Shown: positions 15,615 through 24,352 of the stretch, piece after piece
How the letters are laid out: every line of letters starts with the position of its first letter
How positions within the stretch are numbered: position 1 is the stretch's first letter
Virus record (IMG/VR): IMGVR_UViG_3300030433_000925
Coordinates: 1 to 42,757 of that record
Origin: a virus
Lineage: Duplodnaviria > Caudoviricetes
DNA length: 42,757 bases
Strand: one strand, 5' to 3'
Notes under the pieces: model-generated
What the model was told of the DNA's origin: nothing
Databases searched by the model: none
Seen by the model: only the letters and a program-made list of their open reading frames with translations
Program-made: the position numbers and the translations under genes

Positions 15615-16001
15615 CTATTCATAGTTTATGTAGTTGTTTGCTAACATTGTTTTATGATAGTGCTTATATATTCTGTCAACAGGTTGAGAAGTTTGAAGCT
15701 TCTTACTCTTTTCTATTATAGGTATGAAATCTTTTACACTTATCGGTTTTCCATGTTTCTTTAATATATCTAATATCACTAACATTTGTGATGCACCTTT
15801 TTCTGGGTGCTTATTATAAACAATTACTGCCTCTGGGTCAAATCTGTATAAAGATTTTTTTACTTCTTCAGAGTTAGAACTTTGTTTAATAACTTCTTCT
15901 CTCCAGTTTGCTTCTTTTTCAAGTTCTTCTGGGTGCCATTTACGAAAACATCCAGGCATATATTCTTGCCAAAAGCCCTCTGGGAAAGTAATCTTTGTCA
16001 T
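15615..16001 (-). CDS. Winged-helix-like protein, paralog 3
   Basis: QMLVILDILKKHGKPISVKDFI...LQTSQPVDRIYKHYHKTML aligns with 2061..2414 and 2723..3037. Confidence 0.55.
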   Translation of the reverse strand: MTKITFPEGFWQEYMPGCFRKWHPEELEKEANWREEVIKQSSNSEEVKKSLYRFDPEAVIVYNKHPEKGASQMLVILDILKKHGKPISVKDFIPIIEKSKKLQTSQPVDRIYKHYHKTMLANNYINYE

Positions 16002-16070
16002 ATTCTACCTTTCTATAAATTTACTATATTATGATAGTATAAATAGCCTATTGTATAAAGAAAAAACTAT

Positions 16071-17573
16071 TCATATCATAAAGTATTTATTGGTAACTGG
16101 CTGAACGATATGTAGATTTTGTTTAGCCCTAGTTAAACCTACATAAAAAACTCTAGTATCATCGTCTGGATCTTTTTCATATGCTCTCCAAGTTCTATGA
16201 GGCATATCTGTCATAAGAACAACATTATCTGCTTCACCCCCTTTTGCAGAGTGTATCGTAGATAGAGTAATTCTTGGTTTTTTAGTTATCTTTTCACCTA
16301 GTCGTAACATAGATAAAATATAACTTCTTTCATGAACAGATAACCCAGTAAACATATCATGCCATATTTTAGGTTCAGGAAGTTCTGCTAGTTGTTGTAC
16401 TTCTTTTAATGTTAATTTTTGAGAGGGATCTAAATTCATAAATGCTTTTCTTTTTGATCCTCTTATATAAGGAACTAATTCTTCTGCTTGATCAGGAAAG
16501 ATAAACAAACCTTTTCTTAAATTTTCCCAGTTTTTTACTGCCTCTATCTTTTTCTTAGAAATAGATGGATTATTCTTTCTTTCGAAATATACACCAAGAC
16601 CTCTACAATGTGCTTCTATTTCATTTAATAAATAGTTAGAACGAGATAGTATTAACCATTGACCAGAGGAGATATCAATATGCTCGAAACTTGCTTCGGT
16701 GATTACATTACCAGCCTCTTCCCTCGGACTCCAAGTTTTTTGTGTTCTTGTCTTAATACGACCTATCACTTTATTAGCTACACTAAAGACACTCTGAGGG
16801 ATTCTATAACTCTTTTCCAAAATTCTAGCATCATTAGAGATATTAATCAAGAAGTTTACGTCTGCCCCTGCCCATCTAAAGATAGCTTGATCATCATCAC
16901 CAGCGATATAGACTCTCTTAGATTTTTGTGCGAGTATCTTTACTAACTTCCATTGTAAAGGACATAAGTCTTGTGCTTCGTCTACAAACATAACATCTAA
17001 ACTAGGTGCAAGTTCCTTTTGTACACACATATCAAGCATATCAGTAAAGTCGTATAATCCTCTTGCTTGTTTAAATTGATATAAGCCTTTCGAAAATCGT
17101 TCTAATGTATGCCAATCTATATCTTCGTCATAATGTTCTTGCCACTCGGCTCTTAAATCATGACACTTTAATCTTGCTAATCCCTCTACGAACTTTAACT
17201 TATCATCTTTAGATAAAAGAGAAATAGATCCTTCTTCTAAATTTATATCACCTGTTAAACGTAACCCCATAATATCATTAAACTCTTTATAGTTTGAACG
17301 ATCCATGACCGAAGTACGAGATAGCCCTAACATTCGGTAACATAAAGAATGTAAAGTTCTAAAATTAGGAATATCTTTTCCTGATAGAGAAAACCTGTTC
17401 ATTGTTCTTTCTTTACCCTCGTCAGATGCTTTCTTTGTAAAAGCAAAATAACCTATTCTATCAGGAGGTGTTCCCTTTTGCATCTCCATTTCAATTAAGT
17501 TAAGAATAGTTGTAGTCTTTCCAGTTCCTGGAGGTCCAAGGATAATAGACCAAGTAGAAGGATCAACACTCAA
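16071..17573 (-). CDS. UvrD/Rep-like superfamily 1 helicase
   Basis: GPPGTGKTT, VDEAQD, GDDDQAIF, SYR, TIHSAKGGE, YVGLTRAK. Confidence 0.95.
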   Translation of the reverse strand: MSVDPSTWSIILGPPGTGKTTTILNLIEMEMQKGTPPDRIGYFAFTKKASDEGKERTMNRFSLSGKDIPNFRTLHSLCYRMLGLSRTSVMDRSNYKEFNDIMGLRLTGDINLEEGSISLLSKDDKLKFVEGLARLKCHDLRAEWQEHYDEDIDWHTLERFSKGLYQFKQARGLYDFTDMLDMCVQKELAPSLDVMFVDEAQDLCPLQWKLVKILAQKSKRVYIAGDDDQAIFRWAGADVNFLINISNDARILEKSYRIPQSVFSVANKVIGRIKTRTQKTWSPREEAGNVITEASFEHIDISSGQWLILSRSNYLLNEIEAHCRGLGVYFERKNNPSISKKKIEAVKNWENLRKGLFIFPDQAEELVPYIRGSKRKAFMNLDPSQKLTLKEVQQLAELPEPKIWHDMFTGLSVHERSYILSMLRLGEKITKKPRITLSTIHSAKGGEADNVVLMTDMPHRTWRAYEKDPDDDTRVFYVGLTRAKQNLHIVQPVTNKYFMI

Positions 17574-19105
17574 AATGGATCCTCCCCCATATTTGGTAAT
17601 TCGTAGCCCTCCTCTTGTGATTTAAATTCTGGGACATACCAAACCGTTACACCTTTACCTTTTACATGAAAGAAATGATCCCCACCTCCCAGTTCCCTGA
17701 GTCGTGCAGCAATGTGGTTTCTTCCATAATCTCTAAACTGTTGTCTACCAAAATAGTCTATTAAATCTTTTAATCTAAAAAAAGTTTTACTTTCCTCTGT
17801 CCAAGGCTTTCCTAATAATAACTCATCTCTTGATTGAGCCTGTGCTCTTTCAGTACAAAAAGATTCTAAAAGCTCCTTAAACTGACCATGTACAGATACA
17901 TCTTCTGGAACTTCGATTATAGATACACTATCTAATAATTGTTGAACGACAGTTCTCCAGTTGTTTTGTCTCATAGTTAAAGGCATAAAATTTAATTCAT
18001 CCATGCATCTTCTTTGAAACTTAGTTTGGTTTTGTAGTTCATCTGTAGTTAATTCTATTCGATGACCCTCTACATCTAAAAACCATATAGGTGGTGTTGA
18101 ATCTTGTTTTTGTAGATTACTAAATTGTGGTAAACCTCCAGAAGAACCAACACCATATTCGCAGGTTCTACAAACTGCAGCATTACAATGTGATGCTATA
18201 GGCTGATCATTACATTTATATTGGTAATCTTTATTACTTAATGCTTTTATAACTGCTAAAACTTCTGAAGCACCAAGTGGTGGTTTCATATATTGAAAGT
18301 TCTTTTCTTCTACTTTTTTCTCCCAATCGTCAGAAAACTTTTTTCTTAAAAACACACCAACGTCAAATAAACCATTATTCCTAGTTCCTTCAGGAAAGCC
18401 CATACTACATAGAATTTTTAAACAAGGAGGTGCACCCTCTAAATCTTTATCAGCCGTATCAGCAGAGATAATTTTTAAACTTTCTAACTCTGCTTTAGTT
18501 ATCGTTTTTTGTTTTGCATACTCTATAAACTCATTTAAATCTGTTATAGCTACACCTGTATCATCGTGAGCATAACGAGTAGTCCTCTTTCCACCAAAAT
18601 ACGGCATATTCAAGGTGCTACCTCTATCACCTTTTTCTAATAAAAGTTTTGTTTGTTTAGGAAATATCTCTGCCGTCGCATAGCCTAGCACAGAGGCAAT
18701 ATCTTTTAGTTTGTGTTGAACGATAGCACAACTTACAGGTTCACTAAGGAATACAAATATATGTGCACCACCAGATTTAGAACGAGCTACGACAAATGGC
18801 AATTTATTTGTTTTTATAAATTTAGTTACTAAATCACTATGGTTTAAAGGATATTGATCAATATCAATAGCCCCCCATGTACAAGTATTAGTTTCTGTAA
18901 TCGGTATTATACCAAGAGAGTTTTTACCCTCTAAATGGTTTTTCCATAATTCTTGTAGCCGAAGATCATCTATATCTTCAGATATAATTCTATATCGACC
19001 TTTTTCTTTTCCTACACCATTCCCCTCTTCTGGAGCATATGATCCATATGCTTTTCTTAACCCAGAAAAAAGAGTAGCAAAGTCCTTTACTGTTTTAGTA
19101 GTCAT
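17570..19105 (-). CDS. Archaeo-eukaryotic primase (AEP/primpol)-like replication protein
   Basis: GAIDID, RSKSGGAH, LNMPY catalytic motifs; PPCL..GTRNNGLF PriCT-like region with a Cys cluster. Confidence 0.8.
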   Translation of the reverse strand: MTTKTVKDFATLFSGLRKAYGSYAPEEGNGVGKEKGRYRIISEDIDDLRLQELWKNHLEGKNSLGIIPITETNTCTWGAIDIDQYPLNHSDLVTKFIKTNKLPFVVARSKSGGAHIFVFLSEPVSCAIVQHKLKDIASVLGYATAEIFPKQTKLLLEKGDRGSTLNMPYFGGKRTTRYAHDDTGVAITDLNEFIEYAKQKTITKAELESLKIISADTADKDLEGAPPCLKILCSMGFPEGTRNNGLFDVGVFLRKKFSDDWEKKVEEKNFQYMKPPLGASEVLAVIKALSNKDYQYKCNDQPIASHCNAAVCRTCEYGVGSSGGLPQFSNLQKQDSTPPIWFLDVEGHRIELTTDELQNQTKFQRRCMDELNFMPLTMRQNNWRTVVQQLLDSVSIIEVPEDVSVHGQFKELLESFCTERAQAQSRDELLLGKPWTEESKTFFRLKDLIDYFGRQQFRDYGRNHIAARLRELGGGDHFFHVKGKGVTVWYVPEFKSQEEGYELPNMGEDPF

Positions 19106-19337
19106 GTCTACGATTATGTAAAGGTGAGCTTGGTATTTTATTTACTTTACCATAATCTTGTTCTCTTAAAGCCCTCGGATCATCTTCGAATCGTTCATCT
19201 TCTCCTAGTTCCCTTGGTGTCATCTTAGAATTACGTTTGTAGAGGTCACGTTGTAAATCTACTATTGAATTACGATATCGATAACCTTTTGATCTACCTT
19301 TAAGTTTACTATATGTTGTAGTCATATCTTTCTCCAA
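19095..19337 (-). CDS. Hypothetical protein
   Basis: 80 aa ORF; start could be the internal MTTTY. Confidence 0.6.
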   Translation of the reverse strand: MEKDMTTTYSKLKGRSKGYRYRNSIVDLQRDLYKRNSKMTPRELGEDERFEDDPRALREQDYGKVNKIPSSPLHNRRHDY

Positions 19338-19342
19338 ATGGT

Positions 19343-19363
19343 AAAAGGGGGCTTTCGCCCCCT
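19343..19363 (-). terminator. Rho-independent terminator
   Basis: Minus strand AGGGGGC-GAAA-GCCCCCT-TTT. Confidence 0.8.
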
Positions 19364-19366
19364 AGA

Positions 19367-20155
19367 TTAAAACGGTACTTCGTCATCTTTAGCAGTTGTG
19401 TCTTCGTTGACATCGTCTTGTTTAACTTTTACATCACCAGCACGAATACTTTTCAAAAAGCGACTTGCTTCTAACATAAAAGATCTTTCCTTTACAGGAC
19501 CATCAAGACCTATAGACCAACCACACCAACTTCCTAAATCATTTGACTCTGGTGTAGTTTTAGCTAAATAACGAAACATAAACATTGGTGCTTCTACTGG
19601 AATACCCTCGCTATTTTTTACACGTCTTTGCTTCATAGTGCTTAACCATTTTCTAGCTTTACCTAATTGAGTAGACGACATACTAATAACTGCTTGTTGC
19701 CACTCTGTTTCTTCTTCATTAGTTACCATGACATAAAACTGTGCCGTTTCGTCTATATAATTACCATTATCTAAAACGAATTTTTTCTTTTCGTCTCTAA
19801 CACATTGGTTAAGTATAGATCTTTCATGGTCAGCATTTACTAATCCACCTCCAGAATCTCGTGGCTTCCATTCGATATATTTTTTCTGATAATATACAGG
19901 AACTACAATAATTCCATCGTCACCTTTAACAAGATCATTAGTCACAGTATTTAATATATCGCCTTCTTCAGCACCTTTGATATATTTACCCTCTGACTTT
20001 TTTACTTGTGGGCTACCAGATTGTAATATTCTGATAAACGGAATAGCAAAGTCTTCAGAACTTGTATCCTCAAGACCTGTACCATTAGCTAGTATCTCAT
20101 CATCAACCATTAAGACTGATGTTTCTTCTTTTCTTGCAACTGCTTTATCTGACAT
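19367..20155 (-). CDS. Putative single-stranded DNA-binding protein
   Basis: Acidic C-terminal tail ending DDEVPF; position in the replication module. Confidence 0.65.
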   Translation of the reverse strand: MSDKAVARKEETSVLMVDDEILANGTGLEDTSSEDFAIPFIRILQSGSPQVKKSEGKYIKGAEEGDILNTVTNDLVKGDDGIIVVPVYYQKKYIEWKPRDSGGGLVNADHERSILNQCVRDEKKKFVLDNGNYIDETAQFYVMVTNEEETEWQQAVISMSSTQLGKARKWLSTMKQRRVKNSEGIPVEAPMFMFRYLAKTTPESNDLGSWCGWSIGLDGPVKERSFMLEASRFLKSIRAGDVKVKQDDVNEDTTAKDDEVPF

Positions 20156-20165
20156 ATTGTCCTCC

Positions 20166-20738
20166 TTATTTATTTATTTTAGTTACAAATCCACTATAAA
20201 GACCAAAAGTAGTTACAGGAATATCTGTTCCTTTTTCCATTTGTTCTTTACAGAAAGAATTTAAAGTTGAATGGTGAACTGATTCTTTAGTAGTCGTATC
20301 AATACCTAATGTATCAAGCTGACTTAATACTTCGGTAAATCTATTATCCCCTCTACCAAATCTACAGTTTATTTCTTTTTTAATAATTTCACCAAAACCA
20401 TTATCATCTAACCAAGCATGAGCTTCTTTTGCTCGATCTTTTGATATATGAGCCCTAACGAAAGGTTCAACCTTAATTTTAGTTCCATCTTTTAACTCAA
20501 AACTAGAAAGCCCTACCTCTGCTAAAAGGTCTGGTATTTCTTGTTCGGAGATTTGTCTTATCCTATCTTTAAACGACTTAATAGATTCTTCGAATTCTTT
20601 TACTTCGTTTTGTTTATGGATAAGCTCGTTTGCCAATCTGCTCAACCTGTTTAACTCATCAGGTGTTGCCTTGACATTTATGGTGTTTATTGCCTCACCA
20701 CTGAGGATATCGTCAAGATTGTTCATCATACTCTCCAA
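20166..20738 (-). CDS. Conserved phage replication-region protein
   Basis: Coiled coil followed by IPDLL...FELKDG...AWLDDNGFG..IK...VHHSTL; start may be a downstream Met. Confidence 0.7.
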   Translation of the reverse strand: MESMMNNLDDILSGEAINTINVKATPDELNRLSRLANELIHKQNEVKEFEESIKSFKDRIRQISEQEIPDLLAEVGLSSFELKDGTKIKVEPFVRAHISKDRAKEAHAWLDDNGFGEIIKKEINCRFGRGDNRFTEVLSQLDTLGIDTTTKESVHHSTLNSFCKEQMEKGTDIPVTTFGLYSGFVTKINK

Positions 20739-21063
20739 AGTATTTTAGGTTAATATTGATGGGAAGATACATTGCTTCTTGTCTATCCCACTTTAACATT
20801 TTAAACTTTCCAGCATTAATATGAGATGCAATACTACAGGCTATACCTATTGCAGCAGGATCCCCCATTAATAATAGATAGTCTTCGTCTGAAAAACCAT
20901 TTAAGCCTTCTCTTAGTCTTGCGACTGTCGGAGCAGCACTTAAAACGATTTGTCTGTTGGGTGGAAGTAAAACTTTTATTTGACCAAATCTTAAAGCACC
21001 AGATATATTCTTAGTGCCAAAGTCTTGTACAACATATACAGTTGCTTGTTTTGTATATTCCAT
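20713..21063 (-). CDS. Conserved hypothetical phage protein
   Basis: VYVVQ...A..FG...DYLLLMGDP...LKWDR; first gene of the replication operon. Confidence 0.75.
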   Translation of the reverse strand: MEYTKQATVYVVQDFGTKNISGALRFGQIKVLLPPNRQIVLSAAPTVARLREGLNGFSDEDYLLLMGDPAAIGIACSIASHINAGKFKMLKWDRQEAMYLPININLKYFGEYDEQS

Positions 21064-21177
21064 TCTACTTTCTCCTAACTTTTACTATACTATACTTTAT
21101 TAATATAATAATAAACCTTTATTTTATGCAACATAGTCATGTTTAAAAGTTTTTATTATTTTATTTTTAAAAAAGCT

Positions 21178-21279
21178 CGTCATAATCTCATAATATCATA
21201 AGAATGTAGTTAAGCCTTTGTTTTTACTCTATAACTGCTCTATGAGATTTTATTTTACATTATCATAGATAAAGGGTCG
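21178..21279 (-). repeat. Iteron-like element, copy B (inverted)
   Basis: Minus strand CGACCCTTTATCTATGA (21279-21263) then TTATGATA TTATGAGA TTATGACG (21201-21178). Confidence 0.8.
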
Positions 21280-21363
21280 TAAGGAACTTTTTTCATAACT
21301 TTTATATATCTCACTAGATATTTATATAGTATATTAATTTTTAGAAAGAAGAAGGAGACATAT

Positions 21364-22818
21364 TTGTTTACGTTCAAAACTAGACCGTATAAACACCAGC
21401 TTAATGCATTAAAAGAATCTTGTAATAAAGATGAATATGCATTGCTTATGGATATGGGAACTGGTAAATCGAAAGTCTTAATAGATACTATAGCTTATCT
21501 ATATGATACTGGAAAAATTAATTCAGCGTTTATACTTGCACCAAAAGGTGTTTATAAAAACTGGGTAGGGCAAGAAATACCTAATCATCTTCCTAACCAT
21601 ATAGAACATAAGATGGCATATTGGTCTTCACCATTAACAGAAAAAGTAAAAAAAGAAATAGAAGCAATATGGAAACCTGATTTTGATTTACAAATATTTG
21701 TAATGAATATTGAAGCTCTGTCTACTAAGAAAGGTTTAGAGATAGCAAAACGATTTATCTTTAATCATAAAAATGGAATACATAACGAAGGCACATTATT
21801 AGCAATAGATGAATCTACTGTAATAAAAAACCATAGGGCAAAAAGAACTAAGAACGCAATAGAATTAGGAAAGTTAGCAAAGTATAAAAGAATATTAACA
21901 GGTTCACCGATAACTAAATCACCTTTAGATTTATATTCACAGTTTGCTTTTCTAAGTGAAGAACTACTAGGATTTAGATCATATTATTCTTTTTGTGCAA
22001 GATTTGCAGACATGATAAAAAGATCTGCAGGATCTCACCAATATAATCAAATACTAGGTTTTCGTAATTTAGATGAATTAACAGAACTAATAAAGCCTCA
22101 TTCTTTTAGAGTAACAAAGGAGCAATGTTTGGATTTACCAGAGAAAATATATACTCGTAGAGTTATAGAGCTAACCCCTGAACAGAAAAAGATTTATCAG
22201 GATATGAAAAAGAATGCAGTTACCCAATTAGATAATATGGAACAAGTCACTGCAAACGCAGTTATAACACAACTATTAAGACTTCATCAAATAAGTTGTG
22301 GTTTTGTAAATACAGACGATGGCTCTTCTGTTGAAATAAATAATAATCGACTATCTGAATTAATAAGTATATTAGAAGAAGTAAACGGAAAAGCTCTAAT
22401 ATGGGCTAACTATAGACACGATATACAAAAGATAGAACAAGAGCTTAGTCGTATTTATGGTGAAAACTCTGTAAGAAGTTATTATGGCGATACTCCAGGA
22501 GAAGAAAGACAACAGATTGTAGAACAGTTTCAAACTGATGATACTTTACGTTTCTTCGTAGGACAACCAAGAACTGGAGGTTTTGGTCTTACTCTAACGG
22601 CTGCTAATACAGTAATTTATTATAGTAATAGTTATGATCTTGAGATAAGATTGCAATCAGAAGATAGAGCACATAGAATAAGTCAAACATCGAAAGTAAC
22701 ATATATTGATTTAGTTGCAGAAAAAACTGTAGATGAAATTATAGTAAAATCGTTAAGACAAAAAATAAACTTAGCTACTCAAGTTTTAGGAGAGGACTGG
22801 AAAAAATGGCTGATATAA
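21364..22818 (+). CDS. SNF2-family (SF2) helicase
   Basis: MDMGTGKS, IDES, LTGSP, GFGLTLTAA, QSEDRAHRI; TTG start with GGAG RBS. Confidence 0.93.
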   Translation: MFTFKTRPYKHQLNALKESCNKDEYALLMDMGTGKSKVLIDTIAYLYDTGKINSAFILAPKGVYKNWVGQEIPNHLPNHIEHKMAYWSSPLTEKVKKEIEAIWKPDFDLQIFVMNIEALSTKKGLEIAKRFIFNHKNGIHNEGTLLAIDESTVIKNHRAKRTKNAIELGKLAKYKRILTGSPITKSPLDLYSQFAFLSEELLGFRSYYSFCARFADMIKRSAGSHQYNQILGFRNLDELTELIKPHSFRVTKEQCLDLPEKIYTRRVIELTPEQKKIYQDMKKNAVTQLDNMEQVTANAVITQLLRLHQISCGFVNTDDGSSVEINNNRLSELISILEEVNGKALIWANYRHDIQKIEQELSRIYGENSVRSYYGDTPGEERQQIVEQFQTDDTLRFFVGQPRTGGFGLTLTAANTVIYYSNSYDLEIRLQSEDRAHRISQTSKVTYIDLVAEKTVDEIIVKSLRQKINLATQVLGEDWKKWLI

Positions 22819-23042
22819 TTGAAAAATTTAAAGATATAAGAAAATATAAAAGCTATACTCAAAAAGAATTAGCTGATGGCACAGGTGTTAGTGAGATAGC
22901 TATATACACTTGGGAATCTAAGATGAGGCAACCTACTCTGAGTAACTTTAATAAAGTTTTAAATAAGATGGGATTTGAGTTACATATTAGACCAATAGAG
23001 ACAGTTCCATTTTATGGTGATAACAAACATTTAATGGGGTAA
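22806..23042 (+). CDS. XRE/Cro-type HTH transcriptional regulator
   Basis: IRKYKSYTQKELADGTGVSEIAIYTWE...PTL. Confidence 0.9.
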   Translation: MADIIEKFKDIRKYKSYTQKELADGTGVSEIAIYTWESKMRQPTLSNFNKVLNKMGFELHIRPIETVPFYGDNKHLMG

Positions 23043-23045
23043 ATA

Positions 23046-23510
23046 ATGGATATTAATAGATTAAGAGTAGAAATAGAACAAGATGAAGGTTGTAAATACG
23101 AGATCTATTTAGATCATCTTGGTTTACCCACTTTTGGAATTGGACATTTAGTTACTGAGTGGGATGAAGAATATGAAAAACCTGTAGGCACAGAAATATC
23201 TGAAGATAGAGTAAATTCTTGTTTTCAAGCAGATATTCATACAACGATAGATGAATGTAAAAAACTTTATCCTAACTTTCTTGATCTTCCAGAGGAAGTA
23301 CAACTAATACTTTGTAACATGATGTTTAATATGGGTAGACCTCGTCTTTCTAATTTTAAGAAAATGAATGCTGCAATCGCAGATGGTGATTGGATGGAGG
23401 CATCAATCCAAATGGAAGACTCTCGTTGGGCTAAACAAGTTCCTAATAGAGCAAACCGTTTAATAAAAAGAATGGAAGATGTTGCCGTTAAAGAACAAAT
23501 AGCTACTTAG
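23046..23510 (+). CDS. Lysozyme (GH24, T4-like endolysin)
   Basis: DEGCKYEIYLDHLGLPTFGIGH with the E-D-T triad; MMFNMG; SRWAKQVPNRA. Confidence 0.92.
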   Translation: MDINRLRVEIEQDEGCKYEIYLDHLGLPTFGIGHLVTEWDEEYEKPVGTEISEDRVNSCFQADIHTTIDECKKLYPNFLDLPEEVQLILCNMMFNMGRPRLSNFKKMNAAIADGDWMEASIQMEDSRWAKQVPNRANRLIKRMEDVAVKEQIAT

Positions 23511-23898
23511 TTAAGCCTTTTTGTTTCTCATATGTCCTTAATCCTCCTAATCCTAACATACCCATTAGGACTGTCATAAGACTTCCCATATCAAAAGTTG
23601 GAAGATCAGGTATAGCTACACCTATGTAGGCACAAAGGAACATGGTTACTGGAGCAAGAACGAAGTGCCAACATAAAGCTATACCACACGTCCAACCAAT
23701 AAATGGTCGCCATCCAGCAACAAATATAGACTTATGTTGAGCTTCTGCTTTATTAACTTCTAGTTGACCCTTTGCTAATTCTTGAGCATGGTTTTCTGCC
23801 ATGGTCGCAACTTCATGAGCCAATTTATTTTTCATATCTTTATCTTCTATAAACTTTCCTAGAAGATTACTTACAGGTCCAATTAACGCTGTTAACAT
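23503..23898 (-). CDS. Holin (3TM holin family)
   Basis: FVAGWRPFIGW...LMGMLGLGGLRTYEK signature. Confidence 0.85.
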   Translation of the reverse strand: MLTALIGPVSNLLGKFIEDKDMKNKLAHEVATMAENHAQELAKGQLEVNKAEAQHKSIFVAGWRPFIGWTCGIALCWHFVLAPVTMFLCAYIGVAIPDLPTFDMGSLMTVLMGMLGLGGLRTYEKQKGLTK

Positions 23899-24221
23899 TA
23901 TTTTACTCCATTTTTTGCCATATATGCAGATGTTCCCATATATGTTCCTACGATACCTGCTCCTGAAATATAGAACAAGTTCGATATATCACTTAGGGCT
24001 TCGACACGCTCTATAGGAACTATAAACATTGCTACTGTAAATACGCCCATGCCTATCAAAGTATATCTAGCCATACGCAGTTGTGCTAGGTTTTTTCTTA
24101 ACTTTGTTTCTGTTTCTTTTATTTCTTTAGCTTGTTTTAATTCTTCATCGGTAATCGTATCATCACCATCAAGATCGTACTCATTTAGTATTGAATCTTT
24201 TTGTAACTTTTTTTGAGTCAC
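23898..24221 (-). CDS. EF-hand-containing membrane protein
   Basis: DLDGDDTITDEE loop followed by two hydrophobic helices; GTG start. Confidence 0.7.
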   Translation of the reverse strand: MTQKKLQKDSILNEYDLDGDDTITDEELKQAKEIKETETKLRKNLAQLRMARYTLIGMGVFTVAMFIVPIERVEALSDISNLFYISGAGIVGTYMGTSAYMAKNGVK

Positions 24222-24352
24222 TACTTTTTCTTTCTTAACTTTTTAAAATCTGCTCCAGTAATTTTATTTCTTGGAGGAGCGACTCTTGCTATCTTCATCT
24301 GCTTTGGTGATAGCTTCTTTGTTTTCTTTTTTTGTTTTCCAGTAGTATTCAT
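24221..24352 (-). CDS. Small basic peptide (43 aa, overlapping, not in ORF track)
   Basis: MNTTGKQKKKTKKLSPKQMKIARVAPPRNKITGADFKKLRKKK; its stop overlaps the GTG of the next gene. Confidence 0.55.
   Translation of the reverse strand: MNTTGKQKKKTKKLSPKQMKIARVAPPRNKITGADFKKLRKKK

Noticed and set aside
24320-24340. Programmed -1 frameshift at the A7 run fusing 24264..24962 to the basic peptide
   Set aside because: The peptide is in the +1 frame and has its own ATG.
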